From the NCBI RefSeq assembly GCF_964355755.1, contig NC_092670.1, forward strand, positions 3,648,201-3,712,200: a DNA stretch of 64,000 nucleotides, in the 5' to 3' direction. Position 1 is the first letter of the stretch, and each line of letters opens with the position of its first letter. Of the stretch, positions 53,320 to 63,676 are shown in pieces. Source of the DNA: Antedon mediterranea (lineage: Eukaryota > Animalia > Echinodermata). The position numbers were made by a program, and so were the translations under genes. A model generated the notes under the pieces. It did no database searches, had not been told where the DNA came from, and saw only the letters and a program-made list of their open reading frames with translations.

Positions 53320-55459
53320 TCAAATCATAGTAGAGGTTTATATAACGTATATAGGCCTATAACGTATACTACCTATACTGTGTAGGCATAAAGCGTGGGT
53401 GGTAGGTACAGAAAGTTTATAGACTTATCTGTTACATACAATCGGCATAGGCCTACCCTATCTTATCAATCAGAACAACAAACATAATTCTATATGTATT
53501 AACTTATCTATTATAACATTATCTCCTTACTGTATATATCGTGTGGTACATATATATGTTATAAAGCATAGGCCTAATTGATGACTGTTCCTCAACTCAT
53601 ACTAAGACTAACAGTAAGAGTGTCAAAAGGGCTACATTAGAAAGAAATATACTTATTGAACTAACTACGTCTTATCACGTACGAATGATCGAATTAGGAA
53701 ATATCTAACTAGGAGCATGTTTAACACATTCTATTTTGAAGGAGAGATGGTGATGTGGATGATGAAAAGGTTTGATGTTTGTTGAATAGGTCTCCTACCA
53801 TTTTGTTCAGTATTACATTATTGTCAGTGTGAATTACATTATTGTCAGTGTGAATGAATGAAGTAAAATGACGATTCTCGATATGGGACTACTTTTGGAA
53901 CACTATACATCGACAATGCCTGTTTACAAAGTCAAAGGTAAGAAATCAATTGGCTATTTTGTTGGTTCCCACTCTTGCAATTTATTGACCAATCAGCCAC
54001 ATTTCAGATGATCCGTCACTTGATTGGTCAATTAACTGCGTTTCGTATACGCCCTTCCTTGCGTGCGCGCGTGGGAACCAATCGTTGAGAAGGACAAACA
54101 AAATAACTAATACATTATAATAAGTATTATAGCCACTACAATAGTCTTGCGTCATGACATTTTGGAACTGAAAAATTTACTTAAAATTTAAACCTTATTT
54201 TTTTAAATAACTCAACTTTGCCTGAGCTGAGAAATAAATTGAAACACACGACTTATTTCTCCATCGTCTGAGCCTTTGAAAATGTACGGTAACTGATCGG
54301 TTGGTTGGGGGACTTAACTAACGATTACATTACAATGCGAAATCAGACTCATTTATTTTATTATATATTAATGCGTAAATGGCGGCATGATAACAAAATA
54401 ATAATTTATATAAAAAAAAAATATATATATATACTGTACTAACTATCGACGATTGGTAACGTTTCATCGAATTACGCTATATAATAGTTTTATGAGACTG
54501 ACTGAAACCGGTGACACAACAGCTGGTTCCCACAATCCGAACTTTCGGTTGTGATTGGTCAACTCACTTGCGTTGCGCGTACGTCTTTGCGTTGCGCGTA
54601 CGTCTTTGCGTTGCGTCCTTAAAGTGCGAAACAATCTACTGACCTTCAATCGACAACTACTTGTATAGGCTGTCATAAGATCAATGTCGTGGAGTCACTG
54701 ATGCAAAATAATGTGTCGCATCAAAAGAACATAGGGTGCATACTTTATTTATGGCTAGAAAACAAAGGGCAGCAAGGTTAAACGTTGTCTAGAAACCAAA
54801 GAAGTCAACGTCGACGTGGGAGGCACAACTATCGCTAAGGACCAACAATTACGAGTCCCGCTAGCCTACAATTTAAGATGAAATGTCCATGAACCTGGGC
54901 CTAAACAAATCATCAAGGAAGCAAAAAGCAGCAAAAACTACTGAAAAATAGAAATATACATACTCCACAATTTATATAATCAATATAGATGATCTGCAGG
55001 CAATCAATGCAGTCTAAAGTGACCCGGTGACAAGGACATTTTGTTATCTCTTCATCATGTATACTAAATAGGCCCTGAATAATCAATACAATATAGGCCC
55101 TAGATTTGTCTTCCAGAAATCCGACAGTAGCGCATTTCAACAATGGACACAGCAGCAGCAGATTAAAATACAGACAATTATAGGTCCCAATAATGTACTA
55201 CTTCTCGACTATCGATCTGTAAATATCAACATCACGTACCTCACCTTAATCACGTATATAAACACACCTGTTAACATGAGACTGCCGCAAAGGTGCGCTA
55301 ACTCATGACGTCATGCCGGTTAGATGTTACGTTTATCCAGGAAATTACAGTGATTTTCAAGAGGAGTTAATGAAGCATTTATATCAGATGTTTTTATTAC
55401 ATTAAGCGGCGAACGATTATTTTCAAAAGTCGAGCATTAGTCTGCAAACTAGACTAAAG

Positions 55460-55798
55460 TCCGTCTGCTCTCGTCCGTTCAAGGGTCGTCTGCTCATTCG
55501 TCAAAATATACCGTCTGTAGTCTGCTCTCTCGATCGTCAAAACGTAGTCTGCTCACTCGTCAAAAGATAGTCTGCTCACTCGTTAAAAGATAGTCTGCTC
55601 ACTCGTCAAAATATAGTCTGCTCACTCGTCAAAACGTTACTCGTTAAAAGTTAGTCTGCTTACTCGTCAAATTATAGTCTGCTCTTTTGTCAAAACGTAG
55701 TCTGCTCAACCGTCAAAAAATAATCTGTTCTCTCGTCAAAAGATAGTCTGCACTCTCGTCAAAAGATAGTCTGCTATTTCGTCAAAATATAGTCTGCT
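55460..55798. repeat. 23-bp minisatellite (~14 degenerate copies)
   Basis: Unit AGTCTGCTCACTCGTCAAAAGAT. Confidence 0.92.
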
Positions 55799-55850
55799 AA
55801 CTTCTTAGATAACTCCGGTGGTTTAAAATAAAGAAAAAGTAATAAGAAGT

Positions 55851-55989
55851 ATGTCTCTAAAATCAGAAAATTCTACAAGGAAAGCTAAACCAAAATCGGC
55901 TAACGATTCTGTAACACCAGCACTAAGTATTTATACTTATAATGTTGAAGACAAAACAGAAGACAAAGAGAATGATGCCAACACCGAAG
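55851..55989 (+). CDS. CARD-Death domain adaptor, coding exon 1 (disordered N-terminus)
   Basis: Acceptor CTAACTTCTTAG (55808), in-frame upstream TAA (55824), ATG at 55851, donor AAG|GTAAAC in phase 1 matching exon 2. Confidence 0.7.
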
Positions 55990-56093
55990 GTAAACCATAC
56001 TATAGTGCACGGTTCGTGAAAACAATGTGCTCTGAAGGCTTTCGAATTTCTCGATTGATTTAAATGTTTGTCATGTGTATTATTTTTCTCTCA

Positions 56094-56233
56094 AAAGCTT
56101 GGTTCAATTTCCATTAACTGCAACGCAAGCTCAACGTATGTGATTTGATGGATTATTCGAACTGTCGCTTGTAATTTGTCATCTCGCTTGCGTCTACGTC
56201 CTTGCGTTGTGTCCTCGTGGGAACCAAGCGTTA
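56094..56233. mobile_element. MITE family C copy (decayed)
   Basis: AGCTTGGTTC...GCAACGCAAG / TACGTCCTTGCGTTGTGTCCTCGTGGGAACCAAGCG. Confidence 0.7.
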
Positions 56234-56294
56234 ATTTCATACAACTTTGTGTTGTTTTTATTGACGAAAATACCTGCGTTTGCGTTTAGGCTTA

Positions 56295-56473
56295 AGTTTG
56301 GTGCCCACTAGAACGTAACGCAAGGATGTAAACGCAACGCAAGCGTTTTAACCAATGACAAGCAAAGTTATAGACAGTTAGCAATCACAAGCGAATAAGC
56401 CATCGCTTGTGATTGGTCAATTCACTTGCGTTGCGTTACGTCCTTGCGTTGCGTCGCTAGTGGGAACCAAGCA
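56295..56473. mobile_element. MITE family C copy
   Basis: Near-identical reverse complement of 56565-56743. Confidence 0.9.
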
Positions 56474-56564
56474 TTAGTAACGTACCCGGGTACGTTAGTT
56501 CCTGCCCACCTAATTTAGCGATAACTATGCACATGAAATAAGCTTACCCGGTAAATAAACATAA

Positions 56565-56743
56565 AGCGTGGTTCCCACTAGCGACGCAACGCAAGAACGT
56601 AACGCAACGCAAGTGAATTGACCAATCACAAGCGATGGCTTATTCGCTTGTGATTGCTAACTGTCTATAACTTCGCTTGTCATTGGTTAAAACGCTTGCG
56701 TTGCGTTTACGTCCTTGCGTTACGTTCTAGTGGGAACCACGCT
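56565..56743. mobile_element. MITE family C, intact copy with TAA target-site duplication
   Basis: TAA|AGCGTGGTTCCCACTAG...CTAGTGGGAACCACGCT|TAA. Confidence 0.92.
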
Positions 56744-56825
56744 TAACTAGTTCTATGTGTCCCTAATCAACATCAAAGTACCGTTATGAAACTTATTAAT
56801 TTTTTATTATTATTTTTGTTTGTAG

Positions 56826-57110
56826 TTATTGAAGAATGCCGCCAGTTGCTACAGAACCACAAAGTACCCCTTGTAGGCAATGTTCTACCCAACGAAATGC
56901 TAAGATATCTCCAGCTTAACATGGTCTTTGACAGCGACACCGCTCAACGAATTCGACGAGGTGGAAAGGGCGTCGCAGCAGAGACAAATCAGTTGATAAT
57001 AACGGAACTTCTAACGCGAGGACAGCGGGAGTTTGATGTTTACTGTAACGGACTCATTGCAATGAACTTGAACTTATTAGCAGATTTACTCCAGCAAAAA
57101 CATTTTTCAA
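56826..57110 (+). CDS. CARD-Death domain adaptor, exon 2 (CARD domain)
   Basis: RQLLQNHKVPLVGNVLPNEMLRYLQ...LIITELLTRGQREFDVYCNGL...LADLL fits the CARD pattern (TRG..F, LA.LL); acceptor TTTGTTTGTAG, donor CAA|GTAAGT, phase 1-1. Confidence 0.85.
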
Positions 57111-57505
57111 GTAAGTACGGTTTTACTTATTCTAATTCGGATAACCCGGATGGAAGAATAATTAGGAAAATATTGAAATATTCTAAGATAAAGAGATCTT
57201 GTTAAGTCTAGATATATGGAGTGTATTTGTGTTGGCTATTATACACTAGGCCTATAACCATAATGCACGGGGGCTCTTTCTGAGAATGCGTCATCGACAT
57301 GTTTTTACAAACTATCATGGAAAGTTGATATGTCCACTTGTGCTTGTAGTTTACCAACGACGGTGCTCATTTGTCTGGCTGAGGCGCTTACCGAAATAAA
57401 TAATATTCAATAAAAACATGTAGAGGGTATGTATAAAATAAAAAATCATTATATTCGACATCAATTATCATGCTTTTTTCGTTTTCGCTTCTGCTTTAAC
57501 CACAG

Positions 57506-57736
57506 AAAATATGCATGTACTTGAACCAGCGTCCAAGATGTTAGGACATCACTGGAAACGACTGGCAATTGAACTAGGGGTCTCTAGACATGTACCAAAA
57601 ATTGAAGCAAAGTACGTTAGAATTCGGGAACAGGCGTTATATTGCCTTCTTCTATGGGAACAGACTGCAGGGGCACAGGCGACTGGAAGGAGACTAATTG
57701 ATGCAATAGAAGCCTGTGACATGAAACGAACGGCAG
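57506..57736 (+). CDS. CARD-Death domain adaptor, exon 3 (Death domain)
   Basis: LGHHWKRLAIELG...REQALYCLLLWEQTAGAQATGRRLIDAIEACDMKRTA fits the Death-domain pattern; acceptor TTTAACCACAG, donor CAG|GTCAGT, phase 1-1. Confidence 0.88.
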
Positions 57737-57932
57737 GTCAGTTGAGGAATTAGTTAAACATTTATAGTCATATATAGTAAAATGTATATGAAATAAATAT
57801 ATCTATAGAAGTCTCTCTCAATAGGAATTTCGGCTGATAGATTAAAGATTTAAACGCCCCTCCCTTGAAATGGAGATGTCCGCGAAAGGTTCATGTGCTT
57901 AAAATAATACCATATCTCTTCTTTTTTTATAG

Positions 57933-57992
57933 CTCATGTAAGAAAAGTAGTGGATCCAAAAAGTGGAAAAAAGAAAAAAAAAGGAAAGAAAT
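57933..57992 (+). CDS. CARD-Death domain adaptor, exon 4 (lysine-rich)
   Basis: Acceptor CTTCTTTTTTTATAG, donor AAT|GTAAGT, phase 1-1; encodes AHVRKVVDPKSGKKKKKGKK. Confidence 0.75.
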
Positions 57993-58132
57993 GTAAGTTT
58001 ATAAATAAATTAAAAAGGATATTTTAACAGAGCATAATAGTGACCATGCTTTTTCCAATTTCTGTCTTTAAGTAGATAAATAAATCATTGGAATTCATTT
58101 TTAAAATTGTATAATTTTCATCATTTTCACAG

Positions 58133-58161
58133 CTGGTAAAAAGAAAGCGAAGAAAAAGTAG
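58133..58161 (+). CDS. CARD-Death domain adaptor, terminal coding exon
   Basis: Acceptor TCATTTTCACAG, phase 1; encodes SGKKKAKKK then TAG. Confidence 0.72.
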
Positions 58162-59870
58162 AAGAAAGTGCAATATATTAAATACAAATAGTCTTCTGTT
58201 TTTATGTGATTAAATGTGATTACGTTGGTTGGTGTTACTAACCATACAGTATAAAATGAATCATTGCAAGGTAGTACATCCCTGACTTAGATTAACTTGT
58301 ATATACTGTTGATGGGAGTTGTTCAACATTTGTGAGAACTATGCACCAGGGTTGGATTGTAAACATCACAAATATAATTGAACGCCTGCTGGTGGTGCTC
58401 GAAAATAAATACTAACAACATAGAGGAAGCAAATCAGGACTTTGGGCAAGCCTACTCAAAAGGACTGAAGTTTGAAAAAATATAGAGTTTGCGTACACTC
58501 AATGACACAGAACATTCAATTTAATTGCTGCATAGTCTAATAACTGTATTATATTGGTTCTTTTTGTGAATAAATGTCGCAGGTGGCTGATTGAATTCAA
58601 CATTAGTAGTAATGAGTTTATTCTTATAACATCAAAGTAGTGACCGGCAACAGAAGTCATTACATTTCAGAATGGTAGACGGACTATGCATTCATTCCGG
58701 AAATCTTGTTTTAAAATCTCTTATTAATATGAATGGTAGATTATTATGCAGAAATCTTGACGAGTTCTCAATATCTAAATAATGAAATTACAATATATCT
58801 GAATGAAGAAGAAAGCACAACCTGCCCAAATAAAGGCAGATAGCTGTTGGTTACCGAAGTAAAGAAACTAATTCCAAAAATTATTGAAAGAATTCAAATA
58901 TTTATTTTTTTTTGGTTGTTTATCATTTTGTTGTTGACTACAATATAAAGAATACAGACAACTGATAAATAATATATATTTAGTTTTTGTTAAAAAAATG
59001 TTTGTAAATAAAAGTTGTGAATCACAAACCAATCGCTACAGAAAATTGCCACTCAAAAGCTAGAATAACACACAAGTATTAGCCTTTTCAACAGCATATA
59101 AAATACTCATTTTTATCTTATCTTGTTAATATCCTCCTAGCCCGAATTAACAATCCAAACTTACTACACGTAAATATCGTCTAGGCTAGGTTATCTCCCT
59201 GGGCACAGAATAGATTTGGATAGCGTGGAGTGGTTTTCATTGTACGCCGAGCAAGTATTAAATCATGACGATATGTTGATACATGTCTTGTAGGAAAAGA
59301 TGAATGCACTATATCAACTACCTACCATGTAGGTGTTGTAGGCAACGCACATAAAAAGCCTTTCTAAATAATATAAAAAACAATGGCTCTCTGATTTACA
59401 AACTTATACTCAAATATTCATGCTGTACAGATGGTGTGTTTGATGGCAAACTAGGCTCATCATTAAAGCACTACAATTATGGTACAAGCAGTGCCAAGCG
59501 AATCGGTAATTCCTTATTAGGAAAAATTTAACCATAAAGTAGTGATCATCATTTGTTTTGAGGTGTATCATCATCATCTTTGTTGATACTGGTTCGAGAG
59601 CGAAAAATATTTCTAACATCCTTTTGTTGGTTAACCATCATTGAAACAGTAATAAGCGCTATTTAAATGATATAAGCTAAACTTATAATTTAAAGAGTTA
59701 GGACTGAAAAATAGCTGTCCTAGTTATGGGCGACATGTTTCAAAGGTCACAGACTCTGTGAAAGACACTATCTGTTGCTTAGTTCATCAAAAATCACCCA
59801 CAATGCACAAAAACACCTGTAGTTTAAAGCCTGATCAATAATTATACATTAACAATAATCTGACCTGACC

Positions 59871-59927
59871 TCACTTACTACCAGCCACTAAAGAAGGCAT
59901 ATCATCATCTTCCCGGATTCCCATACT
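59871..59927 (-). CDS. COPS3: COP9 signalosome subunit 3, exon 13 (last)
   Basis: SMGIREDDDMPSLVAGSK*; acceptor TTTCTTACAG. Confidence 0.9.
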   Translation of the reverse strand, partial: SMGIREDDDMPSLVAGSK

Positions 59928-60217
59928 CTGTAAGAAATAAGAAAAGAAATGAAAGAAAAATTAATATATAAAAAAGCTTGATGGAAAATTTAAACCAAAT
60001 CAACCTAAGGGTGGGCTTATGTCGACACGGAACAGAAAGATATTAAATTCAACTTAAATTATAGCTATAACCTAAATGCACATTTTTGCAAAATAAGTTG
60101 AGCAAATGACAGTAACTAAAAGAAACTGAAAACTCTATATTGGTATATTAGTTATTACATTTATATTATCACAGTAAGAATTTATTATTGTGTGAATCAG
60201 ATAAGAGTATAACATAC

Positions 60218-60298
60218 CTTTTGTACAAACTGTGGGTTCTTGGTGATTTCTTGTTCCATCTCTTTCAGTTTAGTGTCAAGTTGAATGCACTTTCTCAT
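60218..60298 (-). CDS. COPS3: COP9 signalosome subunit 3, exon 12
   Basis: MRKCIQLDTKLKEMEQEITKNPQFVQK; AAG acceptor, GTATGT donor. Confidence 0.92.
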
Positions 60299-60562
60299 CT
60301 TATGAAAACATAAGAATTAATTAATAAGACAAAATTTATAAAATAGGCAATACACTATATTTATTAAGGCCATTGATATGTGATTATTTCTTTAATTGAC
60401 AACTTGTTATTTTCAATCAATTTGAATAGTATATATATAATAGAACACCTCTGTTAGGACACCTACTATGGGACACTTTCCTGTAAAAGAAAAAAGGGGA
60501 CAGTGCCGTTAACAACTTTATCATGTTACTAGGAGAAATTGAATCTATCAATTAATACCAAC

Positions 60563-60676
60563 CTCTTCATCCATAAGCATCAGCATTTTTGGATTGTCAT
60601 ATTTCTCTGGATTATCTTTAAATCTTACCATTCCGTCTTTTTTGTTGATTGCTGCAAATATATCGCCATCATCAAT
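60563..60676 (-). CDS. COPS3: COP9 signalosome subunit 3, exon 11
   Basis: IDDGDIFAAINKKDGMVRFKDNPEKYDNPKMLMLMDEE (end of PCI domain). Confidence 0.95.
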
Positions 60677-60817
60677 CTGTAGGCAATAATAACAAATATG
60701 ATGGTTAATAAAAAACATTACCATACTTAGAAATAACAGATTAACACAATAAAAACAAAGATATGTGGTTATACAATAAAATGATATGAATGGGGAAACC
60801 ACCAGTGGAGAACTTAC

Positions 60818-60904
60818 CATATCAAGGACGTATTTCTCAGCTTCTTGAGCGCTTGCTAAGTGACATCTTCTAGCAATGTCACTTAGTGACAAAGTAAGAA
60901 ATGT
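60818..60904 (-). CDS. COPS3: COP9 signalosome subunit 3, exon 10
   Basis: TFLTLSLSDIARRCHLASAQEAEKYVLDM; GT-AG boundaries, phase 0. Confidence 0.95.
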
Positions 60905-60979
60905 CTGTAAAATACAGAAAAACGCTCAAAGATACAAAGAAAATGTTTATCAATTATAATTATAATAATTGTGTAAATT

Positions 60980-61104
60980 GTCTACATTATCAAACTTAAT
61001 TTGACAAAAAATTGTGATGTGCCCATATATGGATGTCATATCACTACCATATTTGGGCACATCACAATTTTTTGTCAAAGTAGGTTGATAGTGTAGACAG
61101 AGCT
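60980..61104. mobile_element. MITE family B copy in a COPS3 intron
   Basis: TGTCTACATTATCAAACT...TGTGATGTGCCCA / TGGGCACATCACA...TTGATAGTGTAGACAGAGCT|TAA. Confidence 0.8.
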
Positions 61105-61202
61105 TAAGGTAAATAAATGTTAAATTATTGTATTATAACACACTGTGTAAATTATACAGTTGGGAATGAAGCTAAGATGTTTCTATTTTGAGCACACTGT
61201 AC

Positions 61203-61274
61203 CTTAGTTAATCTCTGGATATTCTTCCTGTACATGGAGGCTACTACCTGCTTTACTAAACCAATATTCTGATC
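61203..61274 (-). CDS. COPS3: COP9 signalosome subunit 3, exon 9
   Basis: DQNIGLVKQVVASMYRKNIQRLTK. Confidence 0.95.
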
Positions 61275-61452
61275 CTGAAGAAAAACACAAAGTCAGAGTT
61301 AAGGTATATTTCATCTTTGTCATTTCATATTCAATGCACTATTGGACATACAGGATATCAAACATGGTTTTTAGATACAAGACACTTAAAAAAGAATATC
61401 TTTTTTACACCATTTAATTAAATACATTTAAACAAAAAAGAAATGAACATAC

Positions 61453-61554
61453 GTTTGTGAACTGTTCTGTGTGCTTAGCTACCACTGTCTGTACGTCTGC
61501 TGGATTCATACTAGAATATGAGTTGGCCAAGTCATGATACGCCTGACTTAATGG
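61453..61554 (-). CDS. COPS3: COP9 signalosome subunit 3, exon 8
   Basis: PLSQAYHDLANSYSSMNPADVQTVVAKHTEQFTN. Confidence 0.95.
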
Positions 61555-61661
61555 CTGAAAGAGATAACAAAACAATCACCTGAAGTCATGGTCTATTCAA
61601 CTTAATAAATATATTCACAACACCTGATGTGTATTTTAGCTGTACAACATGGTCTACTCAC

Positions 61662-61802
61662 CTTAATAAATCTATTCACAACACCTGATGTGTATTTCGG
61701 TAACATCAGCATCTTTCCATGGTGTATGAGACACACCAGGATGTACTTTTTGTAAGCTTCTAACATAATGTGACTGACAGCCATTGCTGGAACTGTAATA
61801 GC
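61662..61802 (-). CDS. COPS3: COP9 signalosome subunit 3, exon 7
   Basis: [47 protein letters not shown] (highly conserved CSN3 block). Confidence 0.97.
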
Positions 61803-62090
61803 CTACAAAAAGAGAATTAACAACATGATAGGTAATGTATGTGAAATCATTAACAAACTCAAAGAAAAAACATACATTAAACTTTTAATGTAGAGTGCAT
61901 GTCGTACAATGTCCTTATACGCGGTTCTCACTAAACACAATACAACTACGTAAAGGATTTGACCAATCACAAGCAATTAGTTATTTGAACTGATGCTTGT
62001 CATTGGTCAATTCGCTTGCGTTGCCAAGCTTTAGGTGCAAATTCATTATTAATTGAATGAGGCACCTGTTCAAACAGTTTAAATACTCAC

Positions 62091-62195
62091 CACTTCAAAG
62101 AAATAACAAGATCGACTCCAGTTTTTGACAGCTGTGTAGATCATACCACCATAGTAATAATAACATAGAAAATAACTAACATCACTCTGACCACC
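62091..62195 (-). CDS. COPS3: COP9 signalosome subunit 3, exon 6
   Basis: [35 protein letters not shown] (YYYYGGMIY motif). Confidence 0.95.
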
Positions 62196-62397
62196 CTGCA
62201 AAATAAAGTTGATGAAAATAATTTTAAAAAGTAAAATTGAAAATCAAATAGAAGTAGCAAAAGTACAAAGACATTTTGGGAAACTGTGTGAGATTGAAAA
62301 AAGAATGAACTTGTACTCTTCTGCTTGGAATAGCATACAGAGGCACTATACCATTAGACCATAATGATTTGTTTTAATACAATTAATTGATTATTAC

Positions 62398-62478
62398 CCT
62401 GATTTCTTTGCTGACATCTGTAATATCCACATCCAACAGAGCGAGGGCAGGCTTCATACATTTTGAAGCAAGACATAA
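62398..62478 (-). CDS. COPS3: COP9 signalosome subunit 3, exon 5
   Basis: LCLASKCMKPALALLDVDITDVSKEIR; phase 0-0. Confidence 0.92.
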
Positions 62479-62686
62479 CTGAAATAAATACATAGGGAAA
62501 TAAATATTCATTTAAAGAGTTCATTTAAAATTGTAAATAAAAAAGGCACAGATATATTAAATAATTAGTAATTTTATCAAATAAATTATTTAAAATATAT
62601 ACGGCCTATAGTTAAGTAGTCTACTAAGAAGGGTGCCACCACTATTTCCCTATTTCTTGACTGTAAGTTTGATTAAGGGTTCCTAC

Positions 62687-62829
62687 CTGGCATATGTCTG
62701 CATGAATGGATGTGAGTTGAGTCTCATGCATCTGTATCTTAGTAACAGCTTTGACTAGAAGGTCAATACCCCTAAGGGGCTGCTTGTGCTCTATTAACAT
62801 TGTTGTGAACTGGTGGGCTAAGTTTGCAT
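62687..62829 (-). CDS. COPS3: COP9 signalosome subunit 3, exon 4
   Basis: YANLAHQFTTMLIEHKQPLRGIDLLVKAVTKIQMHETQLTSIHADICQ. Confidence 0.95.
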
Positions 62830-63109
62830 CTGAAAATAATATGTAAATACTTAATCATAACAGAAACTATAATTGCGAAACCAGGCCAAGGGTTGTAGTG
62901 AGTTTGATCAGCGTGATTGCTTGTCGTAAAAGGCCTAGACCTATCTATTAAAAACCATACTATAGCTTTCTGCATGATATATCATATGTAATGACAGGCT
63001 AGAATTGATTGAAACTTTTAATGAGCTGCTTTTGGCTTCCTAAATTGTCCTCTTTTTTTACATTCAATCAGTTGTTAGCCATAGTAATTTTACTTGTTAT
63101 TAATGTTTT

Positions 63110-63264
63110 CAGATGCATATCCAGGATTTTTTTTAACAGAGAGCTGCAACGTTAACATAAGATGTGTCTGACAAATAGATATAAAAAGTAGTTCATTTCA
63201 TATCATTTTAGCTGTCAAAAGTGGGGACAGTGTGACTTTATCGGTTCTCCCAGGATCCGCCCAT
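63110..63264. mobile_element. Decayed MITE in COPS3 intron 3
   Basis: CAGATGCATATCCAGGATTTT / CCAGGATCCGCCCATG resemble degenerate CAGGGGCGGATCCAGG-type inverted ends. Confidence 0.4.
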
Positions 63265-63330
63265 GGTTTCTGTGGATTATTTGTGGTATATTTTCAATTA
63301 GCATGTTTTGAATGTTGTAGCCCTCCTTAC

Positions 63331-63449
63331 ATGTTTCTACTGCAAAACGAATTTGTTCTCCATTACACATCGACAGAAAGAGTTGCGTTTGCGATACAAG
63401 TGTCTCAAAATCATTTGTTGGGGACACCGGTTGTGAGTACTTTGCATAT
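63331..63449 (-). CDS. COPS3: COP9 signalosome subunit 3, exon 3
   Basis: [39 protein letters not shown]; phase 2-1. Confidence 0.95.
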
Positions 63450-63546
63450 CTGAAAAACAAATGAAATACAAAAATTAATTAAAAAGTAATGCTGAATGGT
63501 TTGGAATAAAGACTGAAAAAACATAGTATATTGTAGGCCTACTTAC

Positions 63547-63676
63547 AAAATAGCCAATACACCGAGGGAATGCAATTGGGGGTCAAGTGTACCCAGCACT
63601 GTGTCCAAACTGCTCACATTCTTCTTCAGTAAATCAAGATTCTTGTTCAGTTCTTCACATAGTTGGCTGTAATTCC
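63547..63676 (-). CDS. COPS3: COP9 signalosome subunit 3, exon 2
   Basis: GNYSQLCEELNKNLDLLKKNVSSLDTVLGTLDPQLHSLGVLAIL; phase 1-2. Confidence 0.95.

Noticed and set aside
55851-58161. Assigning the symbol CRADD
   Set aside because: Domain order matches, but orthology cannot be shown by eye and the termini differ from RAIDD.
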